DNA from: a virus
Lineage: Duplodnaviria; Caudoviricetes
Strand: one strand, 5' to 3'
IMG/VR virus record: IMGVR_UViG_3300030330_006200
Coordinates: 1-37,266 of that record
DNA length: 37,266 nt
Shown one piece after another: positions 16,629-26,278 of the stretch (positions are counted from its first letter, which is position 1; the number at the start of each line of letters is the position of its first letter). A model generated the notes under the pieces. It did no database searches. It saw only the letters and a list, made by a program, of their open reading frames with translations, and was not told the origin of the DNA. The translations under genes were made by a program, and so were the position numbers.

Positions 16629-19600
16629 CTAAAACTGCAAGTTATTGCAATCTTCATCCTCTGGACAAATAGTTGTTGTTGTCGTTACTACAGGAGGTAC
16701 TGTAGTTGTCGTAGTAGTCGTCGTAGTTGTAGTAGTTGTAGTGGTAAGCTCATCCATTATAAACGGCGTCTCTAACGGTAAAATAGGAGCCGGGTATATA
16801 AATGTTGGTGGTTCCGGTGGTTCTGGCGGTTCCGGTTGTTCCGGTGGTTCCGGTGGTTCGGGGGGTAGAGTAACTACTGGGTCTCGAGGGTCCGCAGGAC
16901 CACCACCTCCCGGTGGAACAATATTCGGTGGAATAGTTGTACACGGCGGTGGTGGAGTAGTATACGGCGGAGGAGTCGTATACGGAGGAGTAGTATAAGG
17001 TGGCGTTGTATACGGAGGGGTGGTATACGGTGGGGGAGTTTGATACGGAGGGGTGGTATACGGTGGGGGAGTTTGATAAGGTGGTTCAGTTGTTGGATCT
17101 TCATATATCCTAAAATCACTACCACTACCGTCAGTTGGATCAGAAAAAATTAATCCAGGTAAATCGATTGTTATATCAATCGGGCTACCGTTTAATGAAC
17201 CATCTGATTCGTCATCTGGCTCAGGATTCGGATCATAGCATATACCTGCAGAGTTTCTTACAAAACCTTCAGGACAAACATCAACACACTCCCCGTTAAC
17301 TCTTTCTTTACCTTCAGGACACGGAGGCGGTGTTACTGGAGGCGTTGTATCATCCGGTGGCGGCGTTGTACCCGTCGTATCACCATCATCACCAATCGGT
17401 GGTGTTGTATCACCTGCTGGTGGAGTTGTATCACCTGCTGTATCACTCGGTGGTGGTGTTGTATCACTCGGTGGTGGTGGTTCCTTAAAAATAACATCAT
17501 CAATATCAACTACAGTAGGCTTAAAATTACCACCATACTCACCACCATAAAGTCGATTTAGATCATCTATTGCATCATTAATACCTCTCTGAATAGAACT
17601 GTCTCCGTAAAAAGGACCACCAGAAGTTGTCTGATGCGTTTCAATTAAAATTGGTGTATTATTTGTATATATAAAAGTAGGGCTACTACTATCACCTTTT
17701 TGTACTGGTTCATTACTGTAATCTGCAAAGTCTTGAAATTCATCATCAACATTAGTATGTGGTGGAAATGTAATATTAGGACCATTAATTACACCACCGT
17801 ATCTTCTAATGAGCGTCTTTCTTTCTTGATCTGTTGCTACAACATGACTGCCTTTTAGAATATTACTATATTCATCTATATCCTTAGGTTGAAGTAGTGG
17901 GTAAACTGTTACATTATGAATAGGAGCATCGAGTAAACCAACACGTACATCGGAATCTCTTAAAGCACTAGTTGCCACTAGTTGTCTAATAACTCTATTT
18001 CCGTTTTTATCTACAAAAACAACTTGACCGCCAAATATATCATTAGGTCCATTTAAAATGTTCCAGTGTTTTGATAAAACAACGTGCTGTGGAGTTATTA
18101 ATGTTGCTGCTTTTCTATATGGAGGCGGTCTAACACCATCATTTTGCGGAGACCAGTTTTCGGCAGCACCCTCACTAACTCCAGAGAAATCGAATTTTGT
18201 TAACCCGGTACTAAAAGTAAGAGGCATAGCCTCTAAGAGGACCTTATTTATATTCTCAGCTGTTTGAGATAGTCGATTTCTCTCTTCTTGACGTCGCCGT
18301 TCTTCTTCACGGATCACTGGATCCTCAAACATTAAACGCCGGTTATTCTGAAGAAATGTACTAATAACTTCAATATCGCTAGCTACAAACTCGAGTTGAA
18401 TCCTTCGCGCAGCTGCCGGCATATTTTCATTACTACGTAAAGTTGATTGCTCTAATAATTTCTCATTACTTAAGGCTACTATCTCCGTATAGGTTAATTC
18501 TTGTAACCGGCTAAGTAGAACAGATTCTCGAAGTTCGCGTCGTCTATCAGCAATTTCCTGTAACCTTTCTTCCTGTTCAATCTCCTGCAAGCTTTGCGCC
18601 TCTTGAAGCGCTTCTTGTTCTGCCTGCCGTCTTTGTTCTTCTAGTATTTTATCTTGAGCGCGAGCTTCTGCCTCTTTTACTTTATCATCACTAACTTGCT
18701 TGACAGCTTGTTGTCGAGCTTGAGCTGCATTCAATAAAAATTGACCTACTAATTGTATCGTTGTACCTAACGAATTAATTTGAGCAATATAATCCTGTTT
18801 TTTATAGTAAGGTAAAACGTCATCACCTAATGAACTTATAGCCTGGTCTTTTGCTGCATTAAGTGCTGCGAGCCTTTGTGCTTCAGCTCGAGCAACAGCT
18901 TCTGCAGCAGCTGCATCTGCTTCCAACTGTGCTCTTACTACTGCAGTATTAAAAAATTCTATTTTTGTAAGTATGCTACTAAAAGCTTCTACAAGGTTAA
19001 GAGCTGCAGTTTTACTAGTCGTTGTTCTAGATGTAATTTGCCAGCTAGCTGCTTGCCTCCCTAATTGGCCAATTCGATATGTTTCCTCTGCAAAACCAGC
19101 TGCTGTGTCTATAGCTTGTGAAGCGCCTACAATATTATAATAAATCTCTGATACCGGTGCATTTGATAATACATCAAAATTATTAGCTGTATTTAACCAT
19201 TGGTTAACACTCATCAGAGCCGTAGCAATCTGCCCATTTGCTAAGTTCGCTGCGTCCCGAGCTCTTTCAGCTAAGCTATTTAAATTTGTAACTCGATCTA
19301 CAAAACTTTTCGGAAATTCATTAGGCCTTCTTTGATTTTGTGCTCTTAATGACAGGCCAAGTGTACCGGGTGAGTAACCGCGCCCTCCAGAAGCGTTCGT
19401 ACCGGTTCCAACTGTATTCTCAGCAGCAGTAACTGATTCTTCAGCTAACACAGCTGCTGCTGCTAACGGGTCCCGTATTGTATCAACAATATTACTCTTA
19501 CTAATTGTAACAGTTTCTGTCTCTGGAGCTGATTCGAGGTCTTCAGTAAGATCGCTTAACCCACTGTCGTCAGGATAAGTTACTGTAGGGGTAGTTCCTC

Positions 19601-20552
19601 CACCCGGCGGAGGTGTAGCTTGATCGGGTGGTCGTGTGACACCGGTATCTTCAACAATAGGGGGTCGAGGCGGTGGTGTAGCTTCAGCTGCCGGTGTTGT
19701 AATTGGTCCAGCATCTGGACGTAAATCTAAATATCTATGTGGCTTATTAATATGTAAAGCCCCCTCCATAGGTCCTTTATCTGGGTGTATATGGTAATCA
19801 CCTATATAGTTTTCTCCGGATTCTCTTAAAACATACTCTCCACCTGCAGTATATAAATTTTCTTGTATTATAGTACTTCCAGCTGCTTGTGTATCCTTAA
19901 AAAGGCTAGATATTAAATCTTGACTCTCTTGATTTAAACCTTCACTCTCTCGCGTCGGTGTCTGATTATAAACACTAGAGAGTTTATTAAGGGAATCTAT
20001 GATAGATTGTTGGCCTGAACTTTTTTGATTTAATCCTTTATCTTGTCGTGCTGGCGGCGGAGTAACACCAGGTGTCGATGGATCGTAATTAGGGTTAGGT
20101 ATGTTTAAAGTTTGAGATTTAACATATGGTCTACCATCTACAATTTGCTGAAGAGTTACAGTAACATCCATGCTACCGTCTTTAGCAACTTGATCAGCAC
20201 CTAAAGTTAATCTGGCAGCATTTATAGTTACTTGTGCAGTACCAGCCGATACTGCTGAATCACCATCTTCAAGTTCTGCCTTATTGTTAAAATCTTCAAC
20301 AAAATATTCTACTTCTCCATCAAACCCTTTACTTAATGAAACGTAATCAACATTAATAACCCCAGTAGTGTTATCAAATGAACCCTCTACGCCACCTGCA
20401 CCGAGTTGTGGATAAGATATAACAGTTACAAAAACATCTTGTATTTGTACATCCGGATCTCCTAAATGCACAGAAGCTGGCGCCGGAGTTCCAGACGACA
20501 ACCCCATTGGATCAGGAGTTGTGTTAGAAAAATCTGGTTCCGGTGTTTCCAT
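16629..20552 (-). CDS. Large mosaic putative virion protein: Ala-rich coiled coil, trypsin-like serine protease domain, Cys-rich repeat and mucin-like Thr/Pro tail
   Basis: 1307 aa. ATLITPQHVVLSKHW / DSDVRVG / GDSSSP triad-like motifs; CPEG..C..VCPEG..C; YTTPP, PEP and poly-Thr repeats. Confidence 0.82.
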   Translation of the reverse strand: METPEPDFSNTTPDPMGLSSGTPAPASVHLGDPDVQIQDVFVTVISYPQLGAGGVEGSFDNTTGVINVDYVSLSKGFDGEVEYFVEDFNNKAELEDGDSAVSAGTAQVTINAARLTLGADQVAKDGSMDVTVTLQQIVDGRPYVKSQTLNIPNPNYDPSTPGVTPPPARQDKGLNQKSSGQQSIIDSLNKLSSVYNQTPTRESEGLNQESQDLISSLFKDTQAAGSTIIQENLYTAGGEYVLRESGENYIGDYHIHPDKGPMEGALHINKPHRYLDLRPDAGPITTPAAEATPPPRPPIVEDTGVTRPPDQATPPPGGGTTPTVTYPDDSGLSDLTEDLESAPETETVTISKSNIVDTIRDPLAAAAVLAEESVTAAENTVGTGTNASGGRGYSPGTLGLSLRAQNQRRPNEFPKSFVDRVTNLNSLAERARDAANLANGQIATALMSVNQWLNTANNFDVLSNAPVSEIYYNIVGASQAIDTAAGFAEETYRIGQLGRQAASWQITSRTTTSKTAALNLVEAFSSILTKIEFFNTAVVRAQLEADAAAAEAVARAEAQRLAALNAAKDQAISSLGDDVLPYYKKQDYIAQINSLGTTIQLVGQFLLNAAQARQQAVKQVSDDKVKEAEARAQDKILEEQRRQAEQEALQEAQSLQEIEQEERLQEIADRRRELRESVLLSRLQELTYTEIVALSNEKLLEQSTLRSNENMPAAARRIQLEFVASDIEVISTFLQNNRRLMFEDPVIREEERRRQEERNRLSQTAENINKVLLEAMPLTFSTGLTKFDFSGVSEGAAENWSPQNDGVRPPPYRKAATLITPQHVVLSKHWNILNGPNDIFGGQVVFVDKNGNRVIRQLVATSALRDSDVRVGLLDAPIHNVTVYPLLQPKDIDEYSNILKGSHVVATDQERKTLIRRYGGVINGPNITFPPHTNVDDEFQDFADYSNEPVQKGDSSSPTFIYTNNTPILIETHQTTSGGPFYGDSSIQRGINDAIDDLNRLYGGEYGGNFKPTVVDIDDVIFKEPPPPSDTTPPPSDTAGDTTPPAGDTTPPIGDDGDTTGTTPPPDDTTPPVTPPPCPEGKERVNGECVDVCPEGFVRNSAGICYDPNPEPDDESDGSLNGSPIDITIDLPGLIFSDPTDGSGSDFRIYEDPTTEPPYQTPPPYTTPPYQTPPPYTTPPYTTPPYTTPPYTTPPPYTTPPPPCTTIPPNIVPPGGGGPADPRDPVVTLPPEPPEPPEQPEPPEPPEPPTFIYPAPILPLETPFIMDELTTTTTTTTTTTTTTTVPPVVTTTTTICPEDEDCNNLQF
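16668..17482 (-). repeat. Coding low-complexity repeats: T15 run, (PEP)n, (YTTPP/YQTPPP)n and (DTTPP)n
   Basis: T15 at 16701-16745; exact 33-bp tandem duplication at 17011-17043 / 17044-17076; about 21-bp duplication at 17440-17480. Confidence 0.92.
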
Positions 20553-21478
20553 TATGCAGTAATATTAGTGACAGTTGTAAATGGAGTATTGGGTACAGTG
20601 CTCAGGCTCGGAGTTCTAATAGTTTCAGTAAGTACCTCACTTCCTTCATATCCTTCAACATGAAAGTTTCTTAAAAAGAAATCTTTTGCGCTCAATTGAT
20701 AAGCCGCAGCAGTAGCTGCATAATTTGCTGAAATTGGAGTAGAAAAGGCAAATCCACAATAAATGTTTTCTATATTAGAAAGAGTGCTATATCTTGTACC
20801 GAGGCTAATTGCCGTTAATAAAGTATAAGTTGTAGTATCACTTTCTCGTGAATCAATAAATAAGGTTTGCCCGAGGTTAGCATATCTAAATCTTAAGGTT
20901 CTATATGTGTCTGTAGATATGGTACTAAACGTAGTAGATATAGAGGAAAGATGATTATTAACAATTACATTATGTAAAAAGTCCCGCGCTATAATTGATT
21001 CCCTTAATACTTTATTTGGTTGTACTCCAGGTCGATCATCTCTACCTGTTAATGCGTATTTACCAGTAGAATCAAACGCTACTTTAACCAACATACCACT
21101 AAGTACAGCTCCCTCGAGTAAAACTGTAGAATCTCCTTCTGTTTTTAAGGGGGTAGATGATGATAAAACTCCAGCACCGGTATATCCTTCAGTTAATAGT
21201 GCATGAGCTGATAATATAAATTCCGGGTCTTGGTCGCCAATATATTGACCTGGCAGACATGATAAAGGTCTAGGTAAATTAGTTAAAAACGTTGAAAAGC
21301 CCAATTCATAATTATAAGATTTAGCTGTTGTACCAAAGCTAGTACTCGGTAGCTTGTATTGAAAAGACCATGTAATATCATAATTTGAATTAAAAGATTT
21401 ACCAACTTCGACGAAGGTATAATATCTTGCCTCCGCGGGTAATGATATGTCTGTTGGAAATCCTGCTAATGCTGCCAT
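20552..21478 (-). CDS. Putative L-type (legume/ConA) lectin-like beta-sandwich virion protein
   Basis: Pattern WSFQY..GFSTFL..GQYIG..VKVAFDS..YCGFAFST parallels the legume lectin F..F/GFAF/GxxLG/VAVEFDT/YVGFSAST motifs. TAATG overlap with the next gene. Confidence 0.55.
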   Translation of the reverse strand: MAALAGFPTDISLPAEARYYTFVEVGKSFNSNYDITWSFQYKLPSTSFGTTAKSYNYELGFSTFLTNLPRPLSCLPGQYIGDQDPEFILSAHALLTEGYTGAGVLSSSTPLKTEGDSTVLLEGAVLSGMLVKVAFDSTGKYALTGRDDRPGVQPNKVLRESIIARDFLHNVIVNNHLSSISTTFSTISTDTYRTLRFRYANLGQTLFIDSRESDTTTYTLLTAISLGTRYSTLSNIENIYCGFAFSTPISANYAATAAAYQLSAKDFFLRNFHVEGYEGSEVLTETIRTPSLSTVPNTPFTTVTNITA

Positions 21479-21483
21479 ATATA

Positions 21484-21489
21484 TATTTA
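21484..21489 (-). promoter_or_regulatory. Late promoter core (TAAATA)
   Basis: 5 nt before the ATG at 21478. Confidence 0.62.
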
Positions 21490-21494
21490 ATTAC

Positions 21495-21707
21495 TCATTC
21501 CTTTATAAAAGTACAGGTTAGAGATTTTGTTTTTTTAATTTGTGTCTTAAACACTAACATATAACCTAACTTTGATAACTCTAAATGTACCGTTTTAAAG
21601 TGCTCGAATGGTATATTAACAAGGATACTTTCGAACTCGTTATCATAGATAACGTAGTCGGAAAATTCTTCACAGAGTGCATTAGCTCTGCAAACACTTG
21701 TATTCAT
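21495..21707 (-). CDS. Hypothetical protein
   Basis: 70-aa ORF with TAAATA (21713-21718) 5 nt upstream. Confidence 0.7.
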   Translation of the reverse strand: MNTSVCRANALCEEFSDYVIYDNEFESILVNIPFEHFKTVHLELSKLGYMLVFKTQIKKTKSLTCTFIKE

Positions 21708-21715
21708 ACAAGTAT

Positions 21716-21883
21716 TTATTCATCATCAAAGACTTGAAGAATTTTATCTATCTTTTCAATTAAAATATTTGTGTCTATATGCAACTGACTTTCACTATAT
21801 TTAAAGCTAGTGTTATTAGATAAAATTTCTTTTAGAGTTACAAAATCTTCAAAATTAAGACCTTCAACTATAACTTCTTCCAT
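21716..21883 (-). CDS. Small hypothetical protein (55 aa, not in the ORF track)
   Basis: Translated by hand: MEEVIVEGLNFEDFVTLKEILSNNTSFKYSESQLHIDTNILIEKIDKILQVFDDE*. Fills the gap with AT-rich codons like its neighbours. Confidence 0.7.
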   Translation of the reverse strand: MEEVIVEGLNFEDFVTLKEILSNNTSFKYSESQLHIDTNILIEKIDKILQVFDDE

Positions 21884-21915
21884 ATTGTAGTTATATTCTC
21901 TACGCTATAAAGCAA

Positions 21916-23577
21916 CTAGTTCCACTCAAACACAACAACACCGGTAGAAACAGGAGCACTTGCAGGGTGATGAGCATGCGATCCCCCACCACCACCATAA
22001 GCAGGTGAGTGTCCGTAATATCCAGCTCCACCGACGTCTTCTTCATCACCACCGTCGTCTGTATCGATAAATCCAACCCCACCTAAAATTTGTAATGTTT
22101 CGGTTGGTAAATAAATGCTTTCAGCAATTGTTGGAGACGCGGCTCCTATTGAACCAAACGCACCTCCCGGCGCCGTAACTATTGGGTCATTACCATCTAC
22201 CTTAGGTTCAAAAATTATACTAGACTTACCACTAGTATTACCAATAGGAGCTGCAGCAACAATAACAGGAAATTCTGTTCCTGGAGGTGCAGATAGATAA
22301 CCAATTGCTGTAGATCCAGCATTACCACTTTGATTCCTACCCGGGGATCCTGACCCCGTCACGTAAAATTTAACATAAGATATTCCTCCAGGCATTTTAA
22401 ATGTATGCTCTATATCCGGTGTATCAAAAATTTGCATACCAGGAAGAGGTCTTGTTATTTTTACTATACCACTAAGCGGATTAAAAGATGTATCTGTTAC
22501 ATTTTGAGTAACACCTGACTCTGATTCTATAGTAGCAGAAAGGTTTTTACCTATAGTATATGCTGGGCTAGTTACGCCACCAAAAGCTTTGATAATGAAA
22601 TTCATACCAACAGCAGAAAGTGTTGTCTTTTGAGCTGATAGACCTGCTCCACGTGCTGGGAATTGCGCACCAAGGCTATTGGTTGTTGAATCAAAGCCAT
22701 GTATAAATACAGAGCTTAGATTAGGTACATTAAAAGTATTATCTGTAAAGTTGCGTCCATATTGCCCGTTTAGTGCAGTAAGGAGCTCAGAATATGTTAC
22801 AGCATTAACAGCTTGACCATTACAATTTAACCAACCGTGTGGTGCTCCTGTTATTGGCCCAGCATATGTTTGAATGGAACCAACGGGAATTAAAGCTGCT
22901 GTAGTTGGTGCAACGGCCGTAAAGACTTCTTTTGGTATTTTCCAAGTAAGTTGCGATCCCCCAGCACCATTACTCTTATCAAAAGCTAAGAAAGTTTCTT
23001 TTTGTGGGCCTGTAGTAGGAAAAGTATATGGTACACCACCTACATCTATTTTTGAAGGTAAGGAGAGATAATCAGTTAATCCCGTACTATTTTGTGTAAT
23101 TTTGTCTATACTTATAGTAGCACTTAATGCTAATTTTTCTGACCCATCAATTGTTAGAGAATTCCCTATTGCATTTAAAGAAAAATTACCAGCTGATAAC
23201 GTACCAACCGATATCCTATTATTAGCGTCAATAGTAATAGATGTATTAAATGCACTTAAATAAGTTGCAACAGTAACCCAGTCTGCTGCAACACTCCCAG
23301 TACCTTTAGTTAAAATTTTAAAACATCTATTATCTGTATCATATGCGTAATCGCCACTAGCTACTGGAGCTAATGATGTTAAATCAGCCGCTTCTCCTGC
23401 CCATTTATTTCCAACTATAATACCGCCTTTTGTCGTACCGTCACCAATAAACAACCTTTTCGTATCAGTCGAGTAACCTAATTCGCCAGTTTCTAATGTT
23501 ATTTGCTGTCGATCAAAATTTGTACCTCTTCTAACGAGAAGTTTTAATAATGTATTTTCTAAAATTTGTATAGACAT
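21916..23577 (-). CDS. Tail fibre protein: Mtd-N-like N-terminus, tail collar domain and Gly-rich C-terminus
   Basis: VRRGT..LETGELGYSTDTKRLFIGDG; collar IPVGSI..GWLNCNG..Y.EL..FNVPNL; MNFIIK; TAAATA at 23586-23591. Confidence 0.85.
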   Translation of the reverse strand: MSIQILENTLLKLLVRRGTNFDRQQITLETGELGYSTDTKRLFIGDGTTKGGIIVGNKWAGEAADLTSLAPVASGDYAYDTDNRCFKILTKGTGSVAADWVTVATYLSAFNTSITIDANNRISVGTLSAGNFSLNAIGNSLTIDGSEKLALSATISIDKITQNSTGLTDYLSLPSKIDVGGVPYTFPTTGPQKETFLAFDKSNGAGGSQLTWKIPKEVFTAVAPTTAALIPVGSIQTYAGPITGAPHGWLNCNGQAVNAVTYSELLTALNGQYGRNFTDNTFNVPNLSSVFIHGFDSTTNSLGAQFPARGAGLSAQKTTLSAVGMNFIIKAFGGVTSPAYTIGKNLSATIESESGVTQNVTDTSFNPLSGIVKITRPLPGMQIFDTPDIEHTFKMPGGISYVKFYVTGSGSPGRNQSGNAGSTAIGYLSAPPGTEFPVIVAAAPIGNTSGKSSIIFEPKVDGNDPIVTAPGGAFGSIGAASPTIAESIYLPTETLQILGGVGFIDTDDGGDEEDVGGAGYYGHSPAYGGGGGSHAHHPASAPVSTGVVVFEWN

Positions 23578-23588
23578 GTGTAAAATAT

Positions 23589-25160
23589 TTAGTAGCTATA
23601 AACCGGTATTGCATACCTATCATACTTATTGTTAGTTGTATTATCAGGATTGCGAACTTGCCCAGATAAAGCCATTGTTATAAAGCCAGCTGAACTTAAT
23701 GTGATAGCGGCACCGCCAGAGTCTAAACCATGGCAAATTTGTTGTGAGTATTGACCTCCAAAATTATTAGCAACTTGGTTTGGAGCTCCGTTAAAAATAT
23801 TTAAGACAGGGTCTTCAGCATATTTAATAATAAAGTTAACACCAAAAGCACTTAAGGTTGAAGGACCGCCAGCTCCTGTCTTAGGACCGAGCAAGTGAGA
23901 CTCTGTAGCACTTAAAAATAGCGTTTTTGTACCAGTTGTAATTGCTCCTTCAGAACCATAAAGAAGTACATCACCTCCAGTTAAATTTGGAACTCTGAAG
24001 TTAGACATACCCGTTCCACCATATACAGTACCTATCTTGTCAAATAACTCTCTATATCTTGGATCTGTTGATGCATTATATGCTGCACCATTACAAAGAA
24101 CATATCCAGCTGGCGCTTCTGCAAATGCTTGCGCATGCGGTAAAATAGAACCTATAGGTACTCCATCGCCTGCTCCGGCTCCTGATAGCCCAGTAGCTGT
24201 AACAACGTCAAATATAGAGGTCTTAATTTGTGTAACTAAACCTTTTTCTATATTCAAAAAAGGATTTTCTTGAAATGCAGAAGTAGTACCATTTAATGTT
24301 ACAACCCCGTTATCGTTTATTAAAAGTTCACCGTCTACAGATTGTAATGTTGCTTCAAGTCTATTTGAAGCTGTATTTACAGTTAGACCGCCGCCTAATT
24401 TACCCGCTGTAGAGGATGTACCGTCACCTGGTCCAGCCCATGTAGATATAGGAAATGTTAATGAACCAACACTCTTAAGCTCTAACTTATTGTTCACATC
24501 GAACTTAAATTGATCTTCATTAATGCTGAGAGCTAACTCTTCACCGTCACCTCCCTTTAAACCACTTGCTGTTGGAAATAAAGCCTTTATCTCGCGTTTT
24601 GTTATAGAGTTTTGCTTTGGAGTTATTCTGCCAGTTGTTCCAGCCGCACTTGATAATATTAAATAATCTGTGTTAAGTGCAACTTCACTTCGGCCTGCAA
24701 TAGTGTTTGATGATAATAGACCTGTACCAAAAAATGATGATTTAAGATTTTGTGCATCTAGACCTTGTTTTTTAACAGAAAACTTATTATTACTATCAAA
24801 TTCAATAGATGTATCGTCAGGTATATTGCCTATATATGCCCACCCTGACAAAGCATTAGTATATGCTTTACCTGTCGAGCTAGCTCCAGTTAGAATATAC
24901 AAACGACTATCTGCATACCCAATATCACCAACTTGTAAATAAGGAGATTCACCAGCAGCTGGACCTAAACTAGCAACTGATGCAAATGGGCCTACTGCTT
25001 TAGTACCAGCTACAATACCACCATAAGTTGCTCCATCACCAACAAACAGTCTCTTAGAATCAAGAGTGTAACCAACTTCTCCTTGATCTAATACAATGTC
25101 CTGACGCTGATTATCAGTACCTCTTCTAACTTTTAATTTTACTATAGTAATATTTGCCAT
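23589..25160 (-). CDS. Tail fibre protein: Mtd-N-like N-terminus and tail collar domain
   Basis: KVRRGT..LDQGEVGYTLDSKRLFVGDG; collar VPIGSI..GYVLCNG..LFDKIGTVYG..FRVPNL; VNFIIK. Confidence 0.85.
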   Translation of the reverse strand: MANITIVKLKVRRGTDNQRQDIVLDQGEVGYTLDSKRLFVGDGATYGGIVAGTKAVGPFASVASLGPAAGESPYLQVGDIGYADSRLYILTGASSTGKAYTNALSGWAYIGNIPDDTSIEFDSNNKFSVKKQGLDAQNLKSSFFGTGLLSSNTIAGRSEVALNTDYLILSSAAGTTGRITPKQNSITKREIKALFPTASGLKGGDGEELALSINEDQFKFDVNNKLELKSVGSLTFPISTWAGPGDGTSSTAGKLGGGLTVNTASNRLEATLQSVDGELLINDNGVVTLNGTTSAFQENPFLNIEKGLVTQIKTSIFDVVTATGLSGAGAGDGVPIGSILPHAQAFAEAPAGYVLCNGAAYNASTDPRYRELFDKIGTVYGGTGMSNFRVPNLTGGDVLLYGSEGAITTGTKTLFLSATESHLLGPKTGAGGPSTLSAFGVNFIIKYAEDPVLNIFNGAPNQVANNFGGQYSQQICHGLDSGGAAITLSSAGFITMALSGQVRNPDNTTNNKYDRYAIPVYSY

Positions 25161-25166
25161 GATTTT

Positions 25167-26246
25167 TTATGCTATTCTTTTCCATACATATGCTCCATAT
25201 GATGGAGGAATGTTATTATGTTTTCTACCTTCACCTACAGATGTAGATTGTTTAATGCTAGTAGATCCTTCATTAAAATTAACCTGCTGATTATCTCTCG
25301 TTACAACACTTACGTTACTAGCGTTATTGGCTAATTCACCAGCTTGTGCCAATCCTACATCCACAGCGCCTTTCTCAATGCACCAATTATATGCATTAAA
25401 GTCCCACTGCGATCCATTACCTAAAGGCGATTTACTCGCTACAAATCGCGTTTCACCATTCCATAGTCCGATTACTTCTTTATATTGAAATTGTGTATTA
25501 TTTAAATATCTACTTCTTGTATCTGGATCATAGTTTGCAGCAGAACCTAATTGAAAATTAAGATCGAGTGACCTTCTTATAATATCTTGTGGATCATTAT
25601 TATTTGTAGTTCTGTTTCCAAACTGATTATTCCAATTCCATCCACTAGCTGCTCCTAATGCGTTTCTTGAGCGTTGCTGCTCTTGCCATGCCTGTGTTGA
25701 ATTTGTTACGCCAACTCCTGTTGCAACAAAAGGCTGACCATTAGCAACACTCGTACCAGTAGATACAAATACATCATTAGAACCAACATTGGTTGTATGT
25801 GTATGAGCTGGCATATTACCAATATTAAGTTCTGTCATATATTCACCTGCTCTGTTACCAGATTCAGGTGGTAGCCCATCTTCACAAAATTTTCTATAAT
25901 CGGTATTTTTATCCGTATGACCACCAACACCCACTAAAAATCTGCCTTCAGCAACTATTTCCCAAGTGGTACCAGCTATTCTCGTTTGCGGATTTATATT
26001 ATCGAAGGTTAATTGAATACAGCCAACTGGAAAAAATGCATCTAGCCATTCTGTTGGTTCAGATAAAGGTCCCTTAGGGTATATATAATTATTAATTATA
26101 ACTCTATCACCACTTAGTGCTAATCCAGTAGAGTTACCAGCACCATCAAACACTTTATTTAAAGTATCCCCTAACTCTGCACCACTTAAATGGAGCAAAG
26201 AAGTGTAAAAATCAGATATAAATTGATTTGTTAAACTCTCTGGCAT
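25167..26246 (-). CDS. Baseplate/short fibre protein with a gp10-C-like domain
   Basis: FFPVGCI..NP..GTTWE..GRFLVGVG, PAHTH, HNNIPPSYGAYVWKRIA; TAAATA at 26255-26260. Confidence 0.8.
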   Translation of the reverse strand: MPESLTNQFISDFYTSLLHLSGAELGDTLNKVFDGAGNSTGLALSGDRVIINNYIYPKGPLSEPTEWLDAFFPVGCIQLTFDNINPQTRIAGTTWEIVAEGRFLVGVGGHTDKNTDYRKFCEDGLPPESGNRAGEYMTELNIGNMPAHTHTTNVGSNDVFVSTGTSVANGQPFVATGVGVTNSTQAWQEQQRSRNALGAASGWNWNNQFGNRTTNNNDPQDIIRRSLDLNFQLGSAANYDPDTRSRYLNNTQFQYKEVIGLWNGETRFVASKSPLGNGSQWDFNAYNWCIEKGAVDVGLAQAGELANNASNVSVVTRDNQQVNFNEGSTSIKQSTSVGEGRKHNNIPPSYGAYVWKRIA

Positions 26247-26278
26247 ATTACTATTATTTATGTCGCAATTTGAAAATA

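Noticed and set aside
16940-17090. Regular short repeats that could be mistaken for a CRISPR array
   Set aside because: Units are in-frame multiples of 3 encoding YTTPP/YQTPPP, with no unique spacers and no cas genes.
21884-21915. Sigma70-like promoter on the minus strand (TTGCTT..TATAAC) for the 55-aa ORF
   Set aside because: The spacer is 14 bp and the -10 match is weak, so I could not support it.
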